From: a phage
Sequence record: NC_100372.1
Reading direction: 5' to 3' (one strand)
Length of the DNA: 64,000 bases
Positions within the stretch are counted from its first letter, which is position 1. Each line of letters begins with the position of its first letter. The notes under the pieces are model-generated. The model did no database searches and was not told where the DNA came from. It saw nothing but the letters and a program-made list of their open reading frames with translations. This document shows, in pieces, positions 9,278 to 19,772 of the stretch. The position numbers and the translations under genes are program-made.

Positions 9278-9871
9278 ATGCTGATCGGAATTGATGTAGA
9301 TTTAACACTGGTAGACTCAGGAACAGCATGGTGGGAGTGGCTAGAGCGTTTATATGGTCCAGCCAGCAAGACAGTCGCTAAACCTTCTAACGGACTGATG
9401 TATTACGATCTGTCAAAGTATTGGCCTGATCGCCCCAAAGAAAACATCATAGGGCCTTTTGATTTCTGGAGTGACCCGTTCCTCTACGACTTTCTTAAGC
9501 CTGAAGAGGGGGCTATTGAGGTTATGAAAGATTTGGTGGCTCGTGGTCACAAGCTTGCATTTATCTCTGTATGCAAGAAAGGTCACCTTGCATCTAAATC
9601 AAGGTTCTTAAAGCGTTGGACCAGCGATTTTATGGATCTGGACGATCACACCCAGGGTCACGGCTTCTACGCCACACATTTCAAAGGTAATGTGGCTGTA
9701 GATGTTATAATTGACGACAGACATGAATACCTGAACCAATTCGCTTCACGCCCTGAAGTTATTAAAATCTTAAAAGACACTCCTTATGAGCAATTCGAGG
9801 AGTTGAAGGTCAGTGTTGACTATACCACCAATAGTTGGTATAAAATAGGAAAGTTTTTAGAAGGTATTTGA
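9278..9871 (+). CDS. HAD-superfamily phosphatase (5-prime deoxyribonucleotidase-like)
   Basis: N-terminal IGIDVDLT fits HAD motif I DxDxT. Confidence 0.5.
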   Translation: MLIGIDVDLTLVDSGTAWWEWLERLYGPASKTVAKPSNGLMYYDLSKYWPDRPKENIIGPFDFWSDPFLYDFLKPEEGAIEVMKDLVARGHKLAFISVCKKGHLASKSRFLKRWTSDFMDLDDHTQGHGFYATHFKGNVAVDVIIDDRHEYLNQFASRPEVIKILKDTPYEQFEELKVSVDYTTNSWYKIGKFLEGI

Positions 9872-9872
9872 A

Positions 9873-10073
9873 ATGGGCAGATGTTCTAAAGGTGGCGATC
9901 CTGTAGTCAGATACGGTGACTGGCTAGAGGTATATGATCTTGGAGGTAAGCTAGTGTATGCCTCCAGGATCACCCAAGACATGTGCTCTGATATGTTTAA
10001 CAGATACCTTGCATTTAAGGCCAACATAAACCCAGACGAAATTTCCAAAATTAAAACAAGGAGAGCTAAATAA
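9873..10073 (+). CDS. Hypothetical protein
   Basis: ORF, start/stop coupling. Confidence 0.45.
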   Translation: MGRCSKGGDPVVRYGDWLEVYDLGGKLVYASRITQDMCSDMFNRYLAFKANINPDEISKIKTRRAK

Positions 10074-11056
10074 TGCTAAAACTGTGCACTGCAAAGATTA
10101 TTGCCGACAGCATTTCCGAGAAAGGTAAGCGTATCACCACTTTTGAGCTAGAGTATCCTCGAATTATTCACTCAGAGCTTATGACACATCGAGTGTTCAG
10201 CCGAAACGCCATGTCTTCTCGTGCAGTTCCTGTCGGTAAGATGCTACAGCAGATCGTGGAGAATCCGGCAATGCCAGTTCGCTTCGGTGTAAATAAGCGA
10301 GGGATGGAAGATGGTGGGGAACACGATCAAAAGATCCGTGTAGAGTATACCGACATGGAGTTAACTCCTGAAGAGTTTTGGAAAGAAGCTGCAAAAAACG
10401 CCGCGTGGCATGCAGAGAAGTTCGCCCTTGCTGGTTACCATAAGCAAGTATGTAATCGCTTAGTGGAGCCGTTTCAGCGCATGAAAACAGTTGTAACAAG
10501 CACCGAGTGGAATAATTTTTTCCATCTGCGTTGCTGGCACGATGCTGATCCTACGATTCAGATGCTGGCTAATTGTATGTGGGATGCTCTTATGAATAGC
10601 ACTCCTGAAACCCTTAAACCAGGCCAATGGCACACCCCATATGTAGAGCACGTTTATTTGGACGGTGAGTTTAACTATGCCGTGCGTGACACAGAAGGGA
10701 AGCTATGCATTCTCGATACTGGAGAAGCTCTATCTATTAGTGCGAGCTGCTGTGCACAAGTATCTTATCGCAATATTGACAGCACGTTTGAAAAAGCAGA
10801 TAGTGTGGCTAAAAAATTGATTGGTGGGGATCGTATTCATGCAAGCCCTTACGAGCACCAGGCGACACCTATGGATCACGATAATGCAATGGAACGTTTA
10901 AACTACTACCTGTCTTCATGTGAAATCACACAAGATAGTTGTGTTTGGCAGGAAGGTGTAACCCATCAAGACCGTGATGGTAAATTCTGGTCTGCCAACT
11001 TTTGTGGGTGGGTTCAGCACAGACAGTTGCTTAATAACCACTTCATGAAAGGGTAA
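10073..11056 (+). CDS. Flavin-dependent thymidylate synthase (ThyX-like)
   Basis: THRVFSRNAMSSRA resembles the ThyX RHR-x7/8-S signature; longer than typical ThyX. Confidence 0.5.
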   Translation: MLKLCTAKIIADSISEKGKRITTFELEYPRIIHSELMTHRVFSRNAMSSRAVPVGKMLQQIVENPAMPVRFGVNKRGMEDGGEHDQKIRVEYTDMELTPEEFWKEAAKNAAWHAEKFALAGYHKQVCNRLVEPFQRMKTVVTSTEWNNFFHLRCWHDADPTIQMLANCMWDALMNSTPETLKPGQWHTPYVEHVYLDGEFNYAVRDTEGKLCILDTGEALSISASCCAQVSYRNIDSTFEKADSVAKKLIGGDRIHASPYEHQATPMDHDNAMERLNYYLSSCEITQDSCVWQEGVTHQDRDGKFWSANFCGWVQHRQLLNNHFMKG

Positions 11057-11085
11057 GCCTATCACAGCGATAGGTAACTTTTGTG

Positions 11086-11114
11086 TTGACTAATAGCATT
11101 AGATAATCTATAAT
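11086..11114 (+). promoter_or_regulatory. Sigma70-like promoter (TTGACT-17-TATAAT)
   Basis: 5/6 -35, perfect -10, 17 bp spacer. Confidence 0.55.
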
Positions 11115-11154
11115 AGTGGCTCACTTTGTTGGTGAGCCAGAAAGGGAGACAGAT

Positions 11155-11616
11155 ATGAGTGATGTTATGATTCCTAAAAAGACATTTATTTCAGTTACTT
11201 TAGATTTCCTATCTACCGTTCCTGGGTTTAACGTTCGCACACGAAACGGTCTTCGAGCTGCACTCTTTGCCGTAGGGTTTGATTTAAAAAATATTGATGT
11301 TCTTCGTGGAAAAAACGTTAGATGCAAAAATAAACCAACTCATTATCGAAAGGCCGATGTATTTGCTGGTGTCATGCGTGCAGACTTTAGATACCCACAA
11401 ATGTATAATGGTGTAGATATTCTAGATGTAGATAAAGCACCCGGTGAGACAATGCTTGTTCAAGATCTTCCGTATGATATCCCCGTAGAGGATCGTGTCA
11501 ATGTAAGAAAGTATACAAAACAATCTGAAAAGGCTGAAGATATTCATATTGTTGATGAACCTTTCAATTTTGAAGATCTGCATCGCCTGGAAAAATTATT
11601 CGGTATTGAAAGCTAA
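11155..11616 (+). CDS. Hypothetical protein
   Basis: ATG after AGGGAGAC RBS; track ORF start at 11116 would precede the predicted transcript start. Confidence 0.5.
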   Translation: MSDVMIPKKTFISVTLDFLSTVPGFNVRTRNGLRAALFAVGFDLKNIDVLRGKNVRCKNKPTHYRKADVFAGVMRADFRYPQMYNGVDILDVDKAPGETMLVQDLPYDIPVEDRVNVRKYTKQSEKAEDIHIVDEPFNFEDLHRLEKLFGIES

Positions 11617-11626
11617 GGTGGTGAAG

Positions 11627-11857
11627 ATGAGTCATAACTCCAAGTGGAAGGATCTTGGTTTTGCAAGTCGGGCAGAATATGTTGGTTGGCTTTGGTTCAA
11701 TGGCCTGACAAACGATATTAAAATGTATGATGATGTTTATTATGACGAGTATACAGGTAAAATTATAAATATCTCTGTAGAAGAGGATACCTTTACCCAA
11801 CAAGATACTGATACCTGCCTTGATAAATACGTTGATGAAGTGGAGGAAGCAAATTGA
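11627..11857 (+). CDS. Hypothetical protein
   Basis: ATG after AAGGTGGTG RBS. Confidence 0.45.
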   Translation: MSHNSKWKDLGFASRAEYVGWLWFNGLTNDIKMYDDVYYDEYTGKIINISVEEDTFTQQDTDTCLDKYVDEVEEAN

Positions 11858-14169
11858 TCACCAAGGTAATTAAAAGCAACGGATGTGAAGTAGCATTCGA
11901 TCCGGAACGTTTAAATAAGGCAGCTATTTTCGGTGACGACGGTAACGGCAATTGGTCACATATTGCACTTGATGCATACAAACGGCTGTATGATGGATGC
12001 ACAACCAAAGAAGTTAACCAAGCTATTATAGACTCCTGTGTTAGCCGTAAGGACGAAGCACATTCTCGTATGGCTGGTCGTGTTCTTATCGGTCAGATTT
12101 ATAAAGAGGCTTTTGGAGGATTCACAAAGATCCCTTCCTTACCATCATTTTACAATACCATGGTTGATAAAGGGTATTGGGAGGATATGGGCTATAGCTT
12201 TACCGAGTTAAACACTTTAGACACTGTTATTGATCACAGTAAAGACCTTGGTTATGGCTATGCAGTCCTTAAACAGTTTCGAGACAAATACGGGATCAAG
12301 GATACTCTTAAAGACACCCTGTTCGAATCTCCACAGATGATGTTTATGGGGATAGCGATGGCTGTCATGAAAAATATGCCGAAAGAACGCCGTATTGACG
12401 ATGTTGTAAAATTATACACTTATCTGTCAGACTTAAAGATCAATGCCCCGACACCGTACTTAAACGGTCTACGCACAGGCAAGACAGGGTATGCATCTTG
12501 TTGTGTAATAAAAGCTGACGATACAGCAAAATCTATTGGTGTGGCACGTGAAGTTGCATACACAATGACGGTTAACCAAGCAGGTATTGGCTACTATTTA
12601 TCATCAAGATCTGCAGGTGATGGTGTTCGTGGTAACACTATTAAACATATGGGCAAGATTCCATATTATCGAGGTATTGATGCTGGAGTTAAGGAGAACA
12701 GACAACAATCACGTGGCGGTTCTGCAACAGTATCATTCCTTGCACTGGACCCGCAGATTGATGAGCTAATCCGTTTGAGAAACCCTATGACTGTTGCTTC
12801 AAAAAGAATCAACACCATGGACTACTCTATAGGTATTAATAGGTCGTTTATCAACCGTGTGGCTAAGAATTTAGATTGGATGCTTGTTTCTTATAAGCAC
12901 GCTCCTCAACTGCATGAGGGTATCTTCACCATGTCTATGGAGGAGTTTGATGCAGAGGTTGATCGTATCGCTAAAGATGACAGTATTCCTAAAACATGGA
13001 TCCGAGCTAGAGATCTTGCTGTTGAGCTGATCACTCAGCGTACCGAGGTTGGAAGGCTGTACGTATACTGGACAGATGAGATGAATAGACATACACCTTT
13101 TAAAGATGTAATCTATTCAAGTAACCTGTGTGCAGAAATAGCCCTCCCGACAAAAGGCTATTCAGATATGCGTAATATCTTCAAGTACGATGTTGATGAT
13201 GGCGAAGTTGCATTGTGCTTCCTGTCATCTCTTGTAGCCGGAAGGGTTACCCCAGAGGAGTATGAGGATGTTGCATACTACACGGTGCTTATGATTGACA
13301 ATGTTATGGAAATCATGACATATCCGTATGAAAATATGGAGAGCACTGTTAAAAAACGCAGATCCATTGGGGTTGGCCTTACTAATGTTGCACATTTTAT
13401 TGCCAGCCACAAGGTTACTTACGGATCTCCTGAAAGTAAACAGCTTGTTCACGATCTTGCAGAACTTCACAGCTACAGCTTGCATAAGGCAAGTTTACGA
13501 TTGGCAAAAGAGCGTGGTGTCTGTGAGTGGATGCATAAAACAAAATACCCGGAGGGTTGGTTACCAATCGACACCTATAACAAAGAGGTCGATAGTGTGG
13601 TGAAAGATCCTTCTCTTAAGCAGGATTGGGAAGGGTTACGTAAAGAAATCATTGAAAATGGTGGGCTACGTAATAGCGTTCTTGAAGCATATATGCCTAA
13701 TGAAAGCTCTTCGCTGGCAACAAACACCACTAACGGGGTTTATCCTGTCCGTGAACACATTATCTTTAAAAAGTCACCACAAGGGCAGGTGCTGTTTATC
13801 GTTCCTGAATATGATGAACTGAAAGAGTATTATACCTCGGCTTGGGACGTTGATACTAGCGACATGATTGATATGTATGCTGTGATTCAAAAATTCACAG
13901 GACAGGCAATCAGTGCTGACCTATATATTGATTACACCAAGTTGAAAGATGGTAAAATTTCAATGAAAGAGCAGCTGGGGTATCTTATCCGTGCTACTAA
14001 ATTCGGGATGAAGACATGGTATTACTTAAACTCTCGGGTTGGTGCTGGTGACTCTTTGACAGAGGAGCTTCACGCGAAGAAACAGGCTGAAGATGAAACC
14101 AGAAAGAACTATCCTTTGATTGCAGATAGTTCAGTTGAAGATCCGTATTGCGAAAGTTGTGCACTGTAA
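11854..14169 (+). CDS. nrdA: Ribonucleoside-diphosphate reductase large subunit (class Ia)
   Basis: ATP-cone N-terminus (VIKSNGCEVAFD), active-site NLCAEIALP, C-terminal CxxC tail. Confidence 0.95.
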   Translation: MITKVIKSNGCEVAFDPERLNKAAIFGDDGNGNWSHIALDAYKRLYDGCTTKEVNQAIIDSCVSRKDEAHSRMAGRVLIGQIYKEAFGGFTKIPSLPSFYNTMVDKGYWEDMGYSFTELNTLDTVIDHSKDLGYGYAVLKQFRDKYGIKDTLKDTLFESPQMMFMGIAMAVMKNMPKERRIDDVVKLYTYLSDLKINAPTPYLNGLRTGKTGYASCCVIKADDTAKSIGVAREVAYTMTVNQAGIGYYLSSRSAGDGVRGNTIKHMGKIPYYRGIDAGVKENRQQSRGGSATVSFLALDPQIDELIRLRNPMTVASKRINTMDYSIGINRSFINRVAKNLDWMLVSYKHAPQLHEGIFTMSMEEFDAEVDRIAKDDSIPKTWIRARDLAVELITQRTEVGRLYVYWTDEMNRHTPFKDVIYSSNLCAEIALPTKGYSDMRNIFKYDVDDGEVALCFLSSLVAGRVTPEEYEDVAYYTVLMIDNVMEIMTYPYENMESTVKKRRSIGVGLTNVAHFIASHKVTYGSPESKQLVHDLAELHSYSLHKASLRLAKERGVCEWMHKTKYPEGWLPIDTYNKEVDSVVKDPSLKQDWEGLRKEIIENGGLRNSVLEAYMPNESSSLATNTTNGVYPVREHIIFKKSPQGQVLFIVPEYDELKEYYTSAWDVDTSDMIDMYAVIQKFTGQAISADLYIDYTKLKDGKISMKEQLGYLIRATKFGMKTWYYLNSRVGAGDSLTEELHAKKQAEDETRKNYPLIADSSVEDPYCESCAL

Positions 14170-14175
14170 TTTAAA

Positions 14176-14197
14176 AAGGGGCTTCGGCCCCATTTTA
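14176..14197 (+). terminator. Intrinsic terminator (GGGGC-TTCG-GCCCC + ATTTTA)
   Basis: GC stem with UUCG tetraloop right after nrdA stop. Confidence 0.55.
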
Positions 14198-14208
14198 GAG
14201 GTAGAATA

Positions 14209-15297
14209 ATGGCTGTATTTAATACTGAGAACACTGCTCATAAAACTGGTGATTATCCGCTGTTTTTAGGACAGCAGATGGGGATGTACGACTCTATTAA
14301 CAAAAAGTACCCACAGCTGTTTGAACTATACAAAAAACAAAAAGAACAAGATTGGGCAGAGGACGAAGTAGATTTGTCACAGTCTATTTCGGATTTCGTA
14401 ACATGCTCAAAGTCAACTTACGATGTAATGGTGCAGACACTGATGTGGCAATGGGAGGCAGACAGTGTTGCAGCAAGATCTATCATTTGTCTGTTTTCAC
14501 CATTTATCACTAATAGTGAACTTTTCACCTTGTTGATGAAGCAGTCTGAGATCGAGGTTCTTCATGCACTAACTTACTCAGAGATTGTTAGACAATGCCT
14601 TCCTAATGCTCGTGAGATTATAGAAGAGATTCAGGAAAACCAGAACGTGCTAAGCAGGTCTGGAGTTATTGTCAAATATATGCAAGAGCTTGAGGTTATT
14701 GGTGCAAAATACCGACTGGATCCTTCCAGTGTTGAAGAAGATGTTGTACGGAAATGTATCCTTAGAGCACTTTTTGCACTTTTAGCTCTAGAGAGTATTG
14801 AGTTTATTGCAAGTTTTGCATGTACGTTCGCAGTAGCTGAGCAAGGTATTTTTGTTCAAGTTGCACAACTCGTTCAAAAAATTATGCTTGATGAGATGCT
14901 GCATTCGAAAGGTGATTTTGCTATCATCGATATCCTGCTTGATGATCCTACATGGGAGCAAAGCTTTCTTGAGATTAAGGGAGAGTTAAAAGAGATTCTT
15001 GACGAAGTACGGATCAAGGAGTACGGTTGGAGTGACTATATTTTCAGCGAAGGAAGGGCGATTATAGGGCTTAACTCACCATTACTTAAAGAATGGGTTG
15101 ACTATAACTGTTCACCGATTTATGATTACTATAACATCGACAAAGACTTTGTGCCGCCAACAAAAGACCCGTTACCGTTTATGCAGGTGTGGATGAAACC
15201 TTCACTGCAACAGACGGCTAACCAGGAAATGTCTAACACCGACTATCGCGTCAACACAACTGTTAATGACGCTGAAGAAGAAATTTGGGAGTTTTAA
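14209..15297 (+). CDS. nrdB: Ribonucleoside-diphosphate reductase small subunit
   Basis: Ferritin-like diiron protein immediately downstream of nrdA, conserved E/H-containing helices, C-terminal acidic tail. Confidence 0.9.
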   Translation: MAVFNTENTAHKTGDYPLFLGQQMGMYDSINKKYPQLFELYKKQKEQDWAEDEVDLSQSISDFVTCSKSTYDVMVQTLMWQWEADSVAARSIICLFSPFITNSELFTLLMKQSEIEVLHALTYSEIVRQCLPNAREIIEEIQENQNVLSRSGVIVKYMQELEVIGAKYRLDPSSVEEDVVRKCILRALFALLALESIEFIASFACTFAVAEQGIFVQVAQLVQKIMLDEMLHSKGDFAIIDILLDDPTWEQSFLEIKGELKEILDEVRIKEYGWSDYIFSEGRAIIGLNSPLLKEWVDYNCSPIYDYYNIDKDFVPPTKDPLPFMQVWMKPSLQQTANQEMSNTDYRVNTTVNDAEEEIWEF

Positions 15298-15300
15298 TAT

Positions 15301-15579
15301 ATGAGCTGTGAAAAATCTTTTTTCATTATCATCTACGGTAAGGATAACTGCCCACATTGTGTAAGAGCAAAAGAATTTGCAGCAAGCAAAGGTATACCTT
15401 TCGTATACAAGACGCTCGGTGAAGGATACACAAAAGAAGAGCTTATTGAGAAGTGTAGTCCATTTGTTCCCAGAACGTTGCCTCAGATCTTCTTGGAAAG
15501 CAACCTTGATAGTGTCCACATAGGTGGTGCTGACGATTTCATCTCTTTTGTTAAGAATGGTTTTGGAGAGAAAAAGTGA
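15301..15579 (+). CDS. Glutaredoxin/thioredoxin-like redoxin (RNR reductant)
   Basis: CPHC active site in a small protein between nrdB and nrdD. Confidence 0.7.
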   Translation: MSCEKSFFIIIYGKDNCPHCVRAKEFAASKGIPFVYKTLGEGYTKEELIEKCSPFVPRTLPQIFLESNLDSVHIGGADDFISFVKNGFGEKK

Positions 15580-17699
15580 AAGTTGTAAAACGGGACGGTA
15601 GAGAAGAGGTCTATAACGGAGTTAAGGTAATCAAGGCGGCAGAGTCCGCCTTACTTGAGTCTGGGCATACTGAAGAAGAAGCTTACCGGATCGCTTGTGC
15701 GATTAATGAAGTTGTTGCCAACAATCTACCAACCGACCAGTGCACGATCTCTGTAAAAAATATCCATATCCTTGTTGAAGATGCTCTTATGGATATGGGT
15801 TTAAAATGTGCAGCCAGAGAATATATCCAGTATAGACAGACAAGAGATAATAACAGAGAGGCAGGTGGAAAACTGCTTGCAGATATTAGTGGCTTCTTGG
15901 ATCGAACTTGTGATGAATTTACAAAAGAAAACGCAAATAAGCCCACTAATCATGTACATACTCATCGTGACCTGCTTGCAGGTATCCTTAGCAAACACCT
16001 TGCATCAACACAGATACTGCCAGATCGTGTCTCCGAAGAGCACAACAAGGGATTCATCCATGTGCATGATCTTGACTATCTGATCAGTCCGTTAACAAAC
16101 TGCTGTTTGGTGAATTATCCGGATATGCTGGAAAACGGATTCAACATTGGCAACGCCCATGTCAGTAAGCCGAAGTCAATAGGGGTTGCAACAACAATCC
16201 TCAGCCAAATCTCTAGTGCAGTAGCTAGTGCTCAATATGGTGGTCAGACCATGAGCCATATTGATCATTATCTGGCGCAGTATGCTGAAGCAACCTATGA
16301 GAAGAATCTTAAATTTTGTCAGGAACATTGGTTGCCGGATGCTGAGACTGTTGCAATGCAAATGACGGATAAAGACGTGTTTGATAGTATGCAAACTTTG
16401 CTATACCAAATCAATACGTTAACTTCTGTCAACGGGCAAACCCCATTCATCACATTAAGTTTAGGACTGGATACCTCAATCTTTGGTAGAATGATTACCA
16501 AAAACTACCTGAAAGTCCACAAAATGGGTCTTGGTGAAGAACGTATCACACCTGTGTTCCCTAAGGTGCTGTTCTTCCTGGAGGAGGGTATCAACATGAA
16601 CCCCGGGGATCCTAACTATGATTTGAAACGATTAGCTCTGGAATGCTCTGCAGAGCGGATTTATCCTGACTTCGTATCTGTACCACTAAATAGAAAAGTG
16701 ACAGGTTCAACAGAAGGTAATGTCACAAGCATGGGTTGCCGGAGTTTTCTTAGCAAATACAATGACTTGGAAACAGGAGAGGAGAAATACCTTGGCAGAT
16801 TTAACTTAGGTGTTGTTAGCCTTAACCTACCAATGATTGCGGCAAAAGCTAAAACGGAAGGTGTTGATTTCTTTGCAGTTCTTGACGAGTACTTGGATCT
16901 GGCATACGAGGCTCATCTTGTAAGGGTTAACCGTCTAAAAGGAACAAAGGCAGGGCAGAACCCCATCATGTGGTGTGAAGGAGCTCTTGCTCGCCTGGAT
17001 CCTGAAGAGAGTATTGATAAACTCTTCTATGACGGGTATGCTTCCATAAGTATTGGATATATTGGTGTGTATGAAACCTGCCAGATTTTAGGCAGAGAGG
17101 GAGACAAGTCCTTAGCTCTTGGGATCCTTCAGCACATGAAAGACGCTTGTGATCGGTACAAAAAAGAAAGTGGTCTGGCATTCAGCTTGTACGGCACTCC
17201 TTCAGAGAGCTTGTGCTATAAGGCTGCAACATGTCTAGATCGTGAATATCCTGAAGTGTTGAAGCACGAGCACGAATACCTTACCAACAGTTTCCACCAG
17301 CCCGTGTGGATCAATAGCTCACCTTTTGACAAGTGGAAGTATGAGGAAGGTTTTGCTATGATCTCTTCTGGCGGTAACATTGGATACATAGAAACACCTA
17401 ACCTGAAAAACAACCTGGATGCTTTGGAATCCCTTGTCGATTTCGGGTATAAACACATTATGTATTTTGGTATTAACCAACCTGTGGATAAATGTCTTAA
17501 GTGCGGATTCTCTGGTGAGTTCAGTGCAACAGCTAAAGGCTTTGTATGCCCAGAGTGCGGAAACCATGAAGAGGGAACGATCAGTGTGATTAGACGTGTA
17601 TCTGGGTATCTGTCCAGTCCAAACTCCCGACCTTACAACAAAGGTAAGCAAGCGGAAGTTATAGAACGGGTTAAGCACTACGGCAGCTGTGGTTGCTGA
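15576..17699 (+). CDS. nrdD: Anaerobic ribonucleoside-triphosphate reductase (class III)
   Basis: C-terminal glycyl-radical motif RVSGYL preceded by a CxxC...CxxC zinc site. Confidence 0.9.
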   Translation: MKVVKRDGREEVYNGVKVIKAAESALLESGHTEEEAYRIACAINEVVANNLPTDQCTISVKNIHILVEDALMDMGLKCAAREYIQYRQTRDNNREAGGKLLADISGFLDRTCDEFTKENANKPTNHVHTHRDLLAGILSKHLASTQILPDRVSEEHNKGFIHVHDLDYLISPLTNCCLVNYPDMLENGFNIGNAHVSKPKSIGVATTILSQISSAVASAQYGGQTMSHIDHYLAQYAEATYEKNLKFCQEHWLPDAETVAMQMTDKDVFDSMQTLLYQINTLTSVNGQTPFITLSLGLDTSIFGRMITKNYLKVHKMGLGEERITPVFPKVLFFLEEGINMNPGDPNYDLKRLALECSAERIYPDFVSVPLNRKVTGSTEGNVTSMGCRSFLSKYNDLETGEEKYLGRFNLGVVSLNLPMIAAKAKTEGVDFFAVLDEYLDLAYEAHLVRVNRLKGTKAGQNPIMWCEGALARLDPEESIDKLFYDGYASISIGYIGVYETCQILGREGDKSLALGILQHMKDACDRYKKESGLAFSLYGTPSESLCYKAATCLDREYPEVLKHEHEYLTNSFHQPVWINSSPFDKWKYEEGFAMISSGGNIGYIETPNLKNNLDALESLVDFGYKHIMYFGINQPVDKCLKCGFSGEFSATAKGFVCPECGNHEEGTISVIRRVSGYLSSPNSRPYNKGKQAEVIERVKHYGSCGC

Positions 17700-17762
17700 T
17701 ACTTGACAAAAGCCACAAGGATGTGGCATATTGTTGTTACACAGTAAACTAGGAGGTGCAGT

Positions 17763-17879
17763 ATGTCGTCAGGTATTTATAAAATTTGCAAGTGTGGTTG
17801 TCATTGCAATCTTCGTTGGTGCAAGGCACTGGATGATTTTATTTGGCATTGTCCTAAATGTGATGCGGAGTACTTATGA
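17763..17879 (+). CDS. Small Cys-rich zinc-ribbon protein (38 aa)
   Basis: AGGAGGTG RBS; CKCGCHC...WHCPKCD; stop overlaps nrdG start (ATGA). Confidence 0.45.
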   Translation: MSSGIYKICKCGCHCNLRWCKALDDFIWHCPKCDAEYL

Positions 17880-18349
17880 ATATTGTCGGATACACAGAAA
17901 TATCCTACACCGAAGGGCCAGGTCTCAGGACGGCCTTGTGGGTATCTGGGTGCCCACACGCTTGTCCTGGTTGCTTTAATCAAGCATTTTGGTCCAAAGA
18001 TAAGGGAAGAGAATTCACCGAAGAAGATTTGCAGAGAATTTTGTCAGATTTGGACAATGAATCTATATGCGGTATTTCTTTGCTTGGTGGAGAGCCTTTG
18101 GCTACGTATAATGAGCCCGGTATTATTAAACTTATGAGGAGAATTAAGGAAAAGTTTGGTGACAAGAAAACTATTCTTGTGTATACTGGGTTCACATTTG
18201 AGCATATCTCTAGTGATGTTCTTGAGCTGGCTGATATCATCATTGATGGCAAGTATGTAAAAGATTTACCAACAAAGAAACCATTCCGAGGCAGCGATAA
18301 CCAAAGAATGTTTAAAAAGGTAGCAGGCGGTTGGGTTCAGGTTGACTAA
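17876..18349 (+). CDS. nrdG: Anaerobic RNR activating enzyme (radical SAM)
   Basis: GCPHACPGCFN radical-SAM cysteine cluster. Confidence 0.85.
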   Translation: MNIVGYTEISYTEGPGLRTALWVSGCPHACPGCFNQAFWSKDKGREFTEEDLQRILSDLDNESICGISLLGGEPLATYNEPGIIKLMRRIKEKFGDKKTILVYTGFTFEHISSDVLELADIIIDGKYVKDLPTKKPFRGSDNQRMFKKVAGGWVQVD

Positions 18350-18352
18350 TCG

Positions 18353-18382
18353 TTGACAAAGCTTTGGTAAGTTGGTTATAAT
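18353..18382 (+). promoter_or_regulatory. Sigma70-like promoter (TTGACA-18-TATAAT)
   Basis: Perfect -35 and -10 hexamers. Confidence 0.5.
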
Positions 18383-18411
18383 TATCGTAATGAAAGCAGA
18401 GGAGGTGCCAA

Positions 18412-18525
18412 ATGGCTAAAAAAGCCTTGAAGAAGGCGTACAAGAAAGAGATTGCGCTTGAGCTTAAGAAAAAACACAAGCGTGAAAAGAAATATCATGA
18501 AGATGAAGAGGGGGTGCAGCAGTGA
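18412..18525 (+). CDS. Small basic protein (37 aa)
   Basis: AGGAGGTG RBS, lysine-rich MAKKALKKAYKK. Confidence 0.4.
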   Translation: MAKKALKKAYKKEIALELKKKHKREKKYHEDEEGVQQ

Positions 18526-18872
18526 CACAAGAGCGTATTGATTTAGCCAGTAAGTTTGTAGATCTCATTTTGCCACGGTTGGTTACTCAACATGCAGACG
18601 CTATTTCTACCAATCTTGATGGCTTACGCCTAATGCTGAACCGAACAGATGACCCACGTATTCGGGCCGATTTAGAGGCCTCTGCCAACAAACTGGAAAA
18701 GTTCTTGCAAGTAGACACGCAAGAAGCCTTGCACAAGATTATGGTGGAAGGTTTCTCTAAAGAATTCACCGTTAAAGAGCTTAAGGAGCTGATCCGCCAA
18801 GAAGAGATGAATATCCGAGTTCAGGCTGTTGCAAGCAGCATGGAAGCGGCTATTGAAAAACTGTTGCAGTAA
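18522..18872 (+). CDS. Hypothetical protein
   Basis: GTG start overlapping upstream stop. Confidence 0.5.
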   Translation: MTQERIDLASKFVDLILPRLVTQHADAISTNLDGLRLMLNRTDDPRIRADLEASANKLEKFLQVDTQEALHKIMVEGFSKEFTVKELKELIRQEEMNIRVQAVASSMEAAIEKLLQ

Positions 18873-18910
18873 AAGTCCTTGACACATCTCAATCTGAAAG
18901 GAGTCCCAAC

Positions 18911-19699
18911 ATGGGTCGAGCTAAAGAAACAAAACGCATGCGTGATGAAGCCAGAGAGGCTCGCAAATCTGATCGCCTGCGTAAGGCTGCTGAGAAATTT
19001 GCTGACGAACGAGAGCACACAGCTCCAGCTCTCCGACCAATGAACAAAAAGCAGCAAAAGTATCTTGATTATCTAGGATCGCGTAAGATTATTATTGTAA
19101 ACGGTGTGTTTGGATCCGGTAAGACATTCATGGCATCCGCATATGCAGGTGATCTTTTGCGTAAGAACGAGATTGATAAGATCATTGTTGCACGCCCTTA
19201 CGTTCAGACAGGAAAGACTTCAGGGTTTAAACCTGGAAACGCAATGCAGAAACTGTGGCCCTATCTCCGAAGCATGATGGACACGATTTGTCGTCGTGTT
19301 GGCAAAGGTGCTTTTGCCGCAATGCTGGGAGATGGTCAGAACAGTCGTATCGAGATCTGTGAAGTTGAAAGCATTCGTGGTCGTAGTTTCGATGAGCGAT
19401 GCTTTGTCCTAATTGACGAGGCACAGCAAACTAACCCTGAAGAGATGTTGTCAATTATCACAAGGATCTCTGATCAGGCCACACTTGTAATCATGGGTGA
19501 TAATAGCCAACGTGACATCCCTGGTAAGTCTGGGCTTGCATGGGTAACGGATTTCTTTACTCGTCATCCAGATCCTGAGGTTGGGATGATTAGCTTTGAT
19601 AGCCCAGATGATGTTGTTCGTTCTGGATTGGGCCGTCAGATTGCACTCAATCTTATTAAGGATCGTGCAAATCATATTTGGACACCTGTTTCCGAGTAA
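18911..19699 (+). CDS. phoH: PhoH-like ATPase
   Basis: Walker A GVFGSGKTF and PhoH-family core; common phage auxiliary gene. Confidence 0.85.
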   Translation: MGRAKETKRMRDEAREARKSDRLRKAAEKFADEREHTAPALRPMNKKQQKYLDYLGSRKIIIVNGVFGSGKTFMASAYAGDLLRKNEIDKIIVARPYVQTGKTSGFKPGNAMQKLWPYLRSMMDTICRRVGKGAFAAMLGDGQNSRIEICEVESIRGRSFDERCFVLIDEAQQTNPEEMLSIITRISDQATLVIMGDNSQRDIPGKSGLAWVTDFFTRHPDPEVGMISFDSPDDVVRSGLGRQIALNLIKDRANHIWTPVSE

Positions 19700-19743
19700 T
19701 ACAAAAGGGTGGTTATTCCACCCTTAAATATCTAAAACAATTA

Positions 19744-19772
19744 TTGACAAACAGATAAGTTTTAGGTATTAT
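19744..19772 (+). promoter_or_regulatory. Sigma70-like promoter (TTGACA-17-TATTAT)
   Basis: Perfect -35, 5/6 -10, followed by AAGGAGAA RBS. Confidence 0.5.

Noticed and set aside
19699-19740. Hairpin AAGGGTGG-TTATT-CCACCCTT after phoH as a terminator
   Set aside because: No U-run follows the stem; it may be a weak terminator or a stability element, with insufficient evidence to list it.
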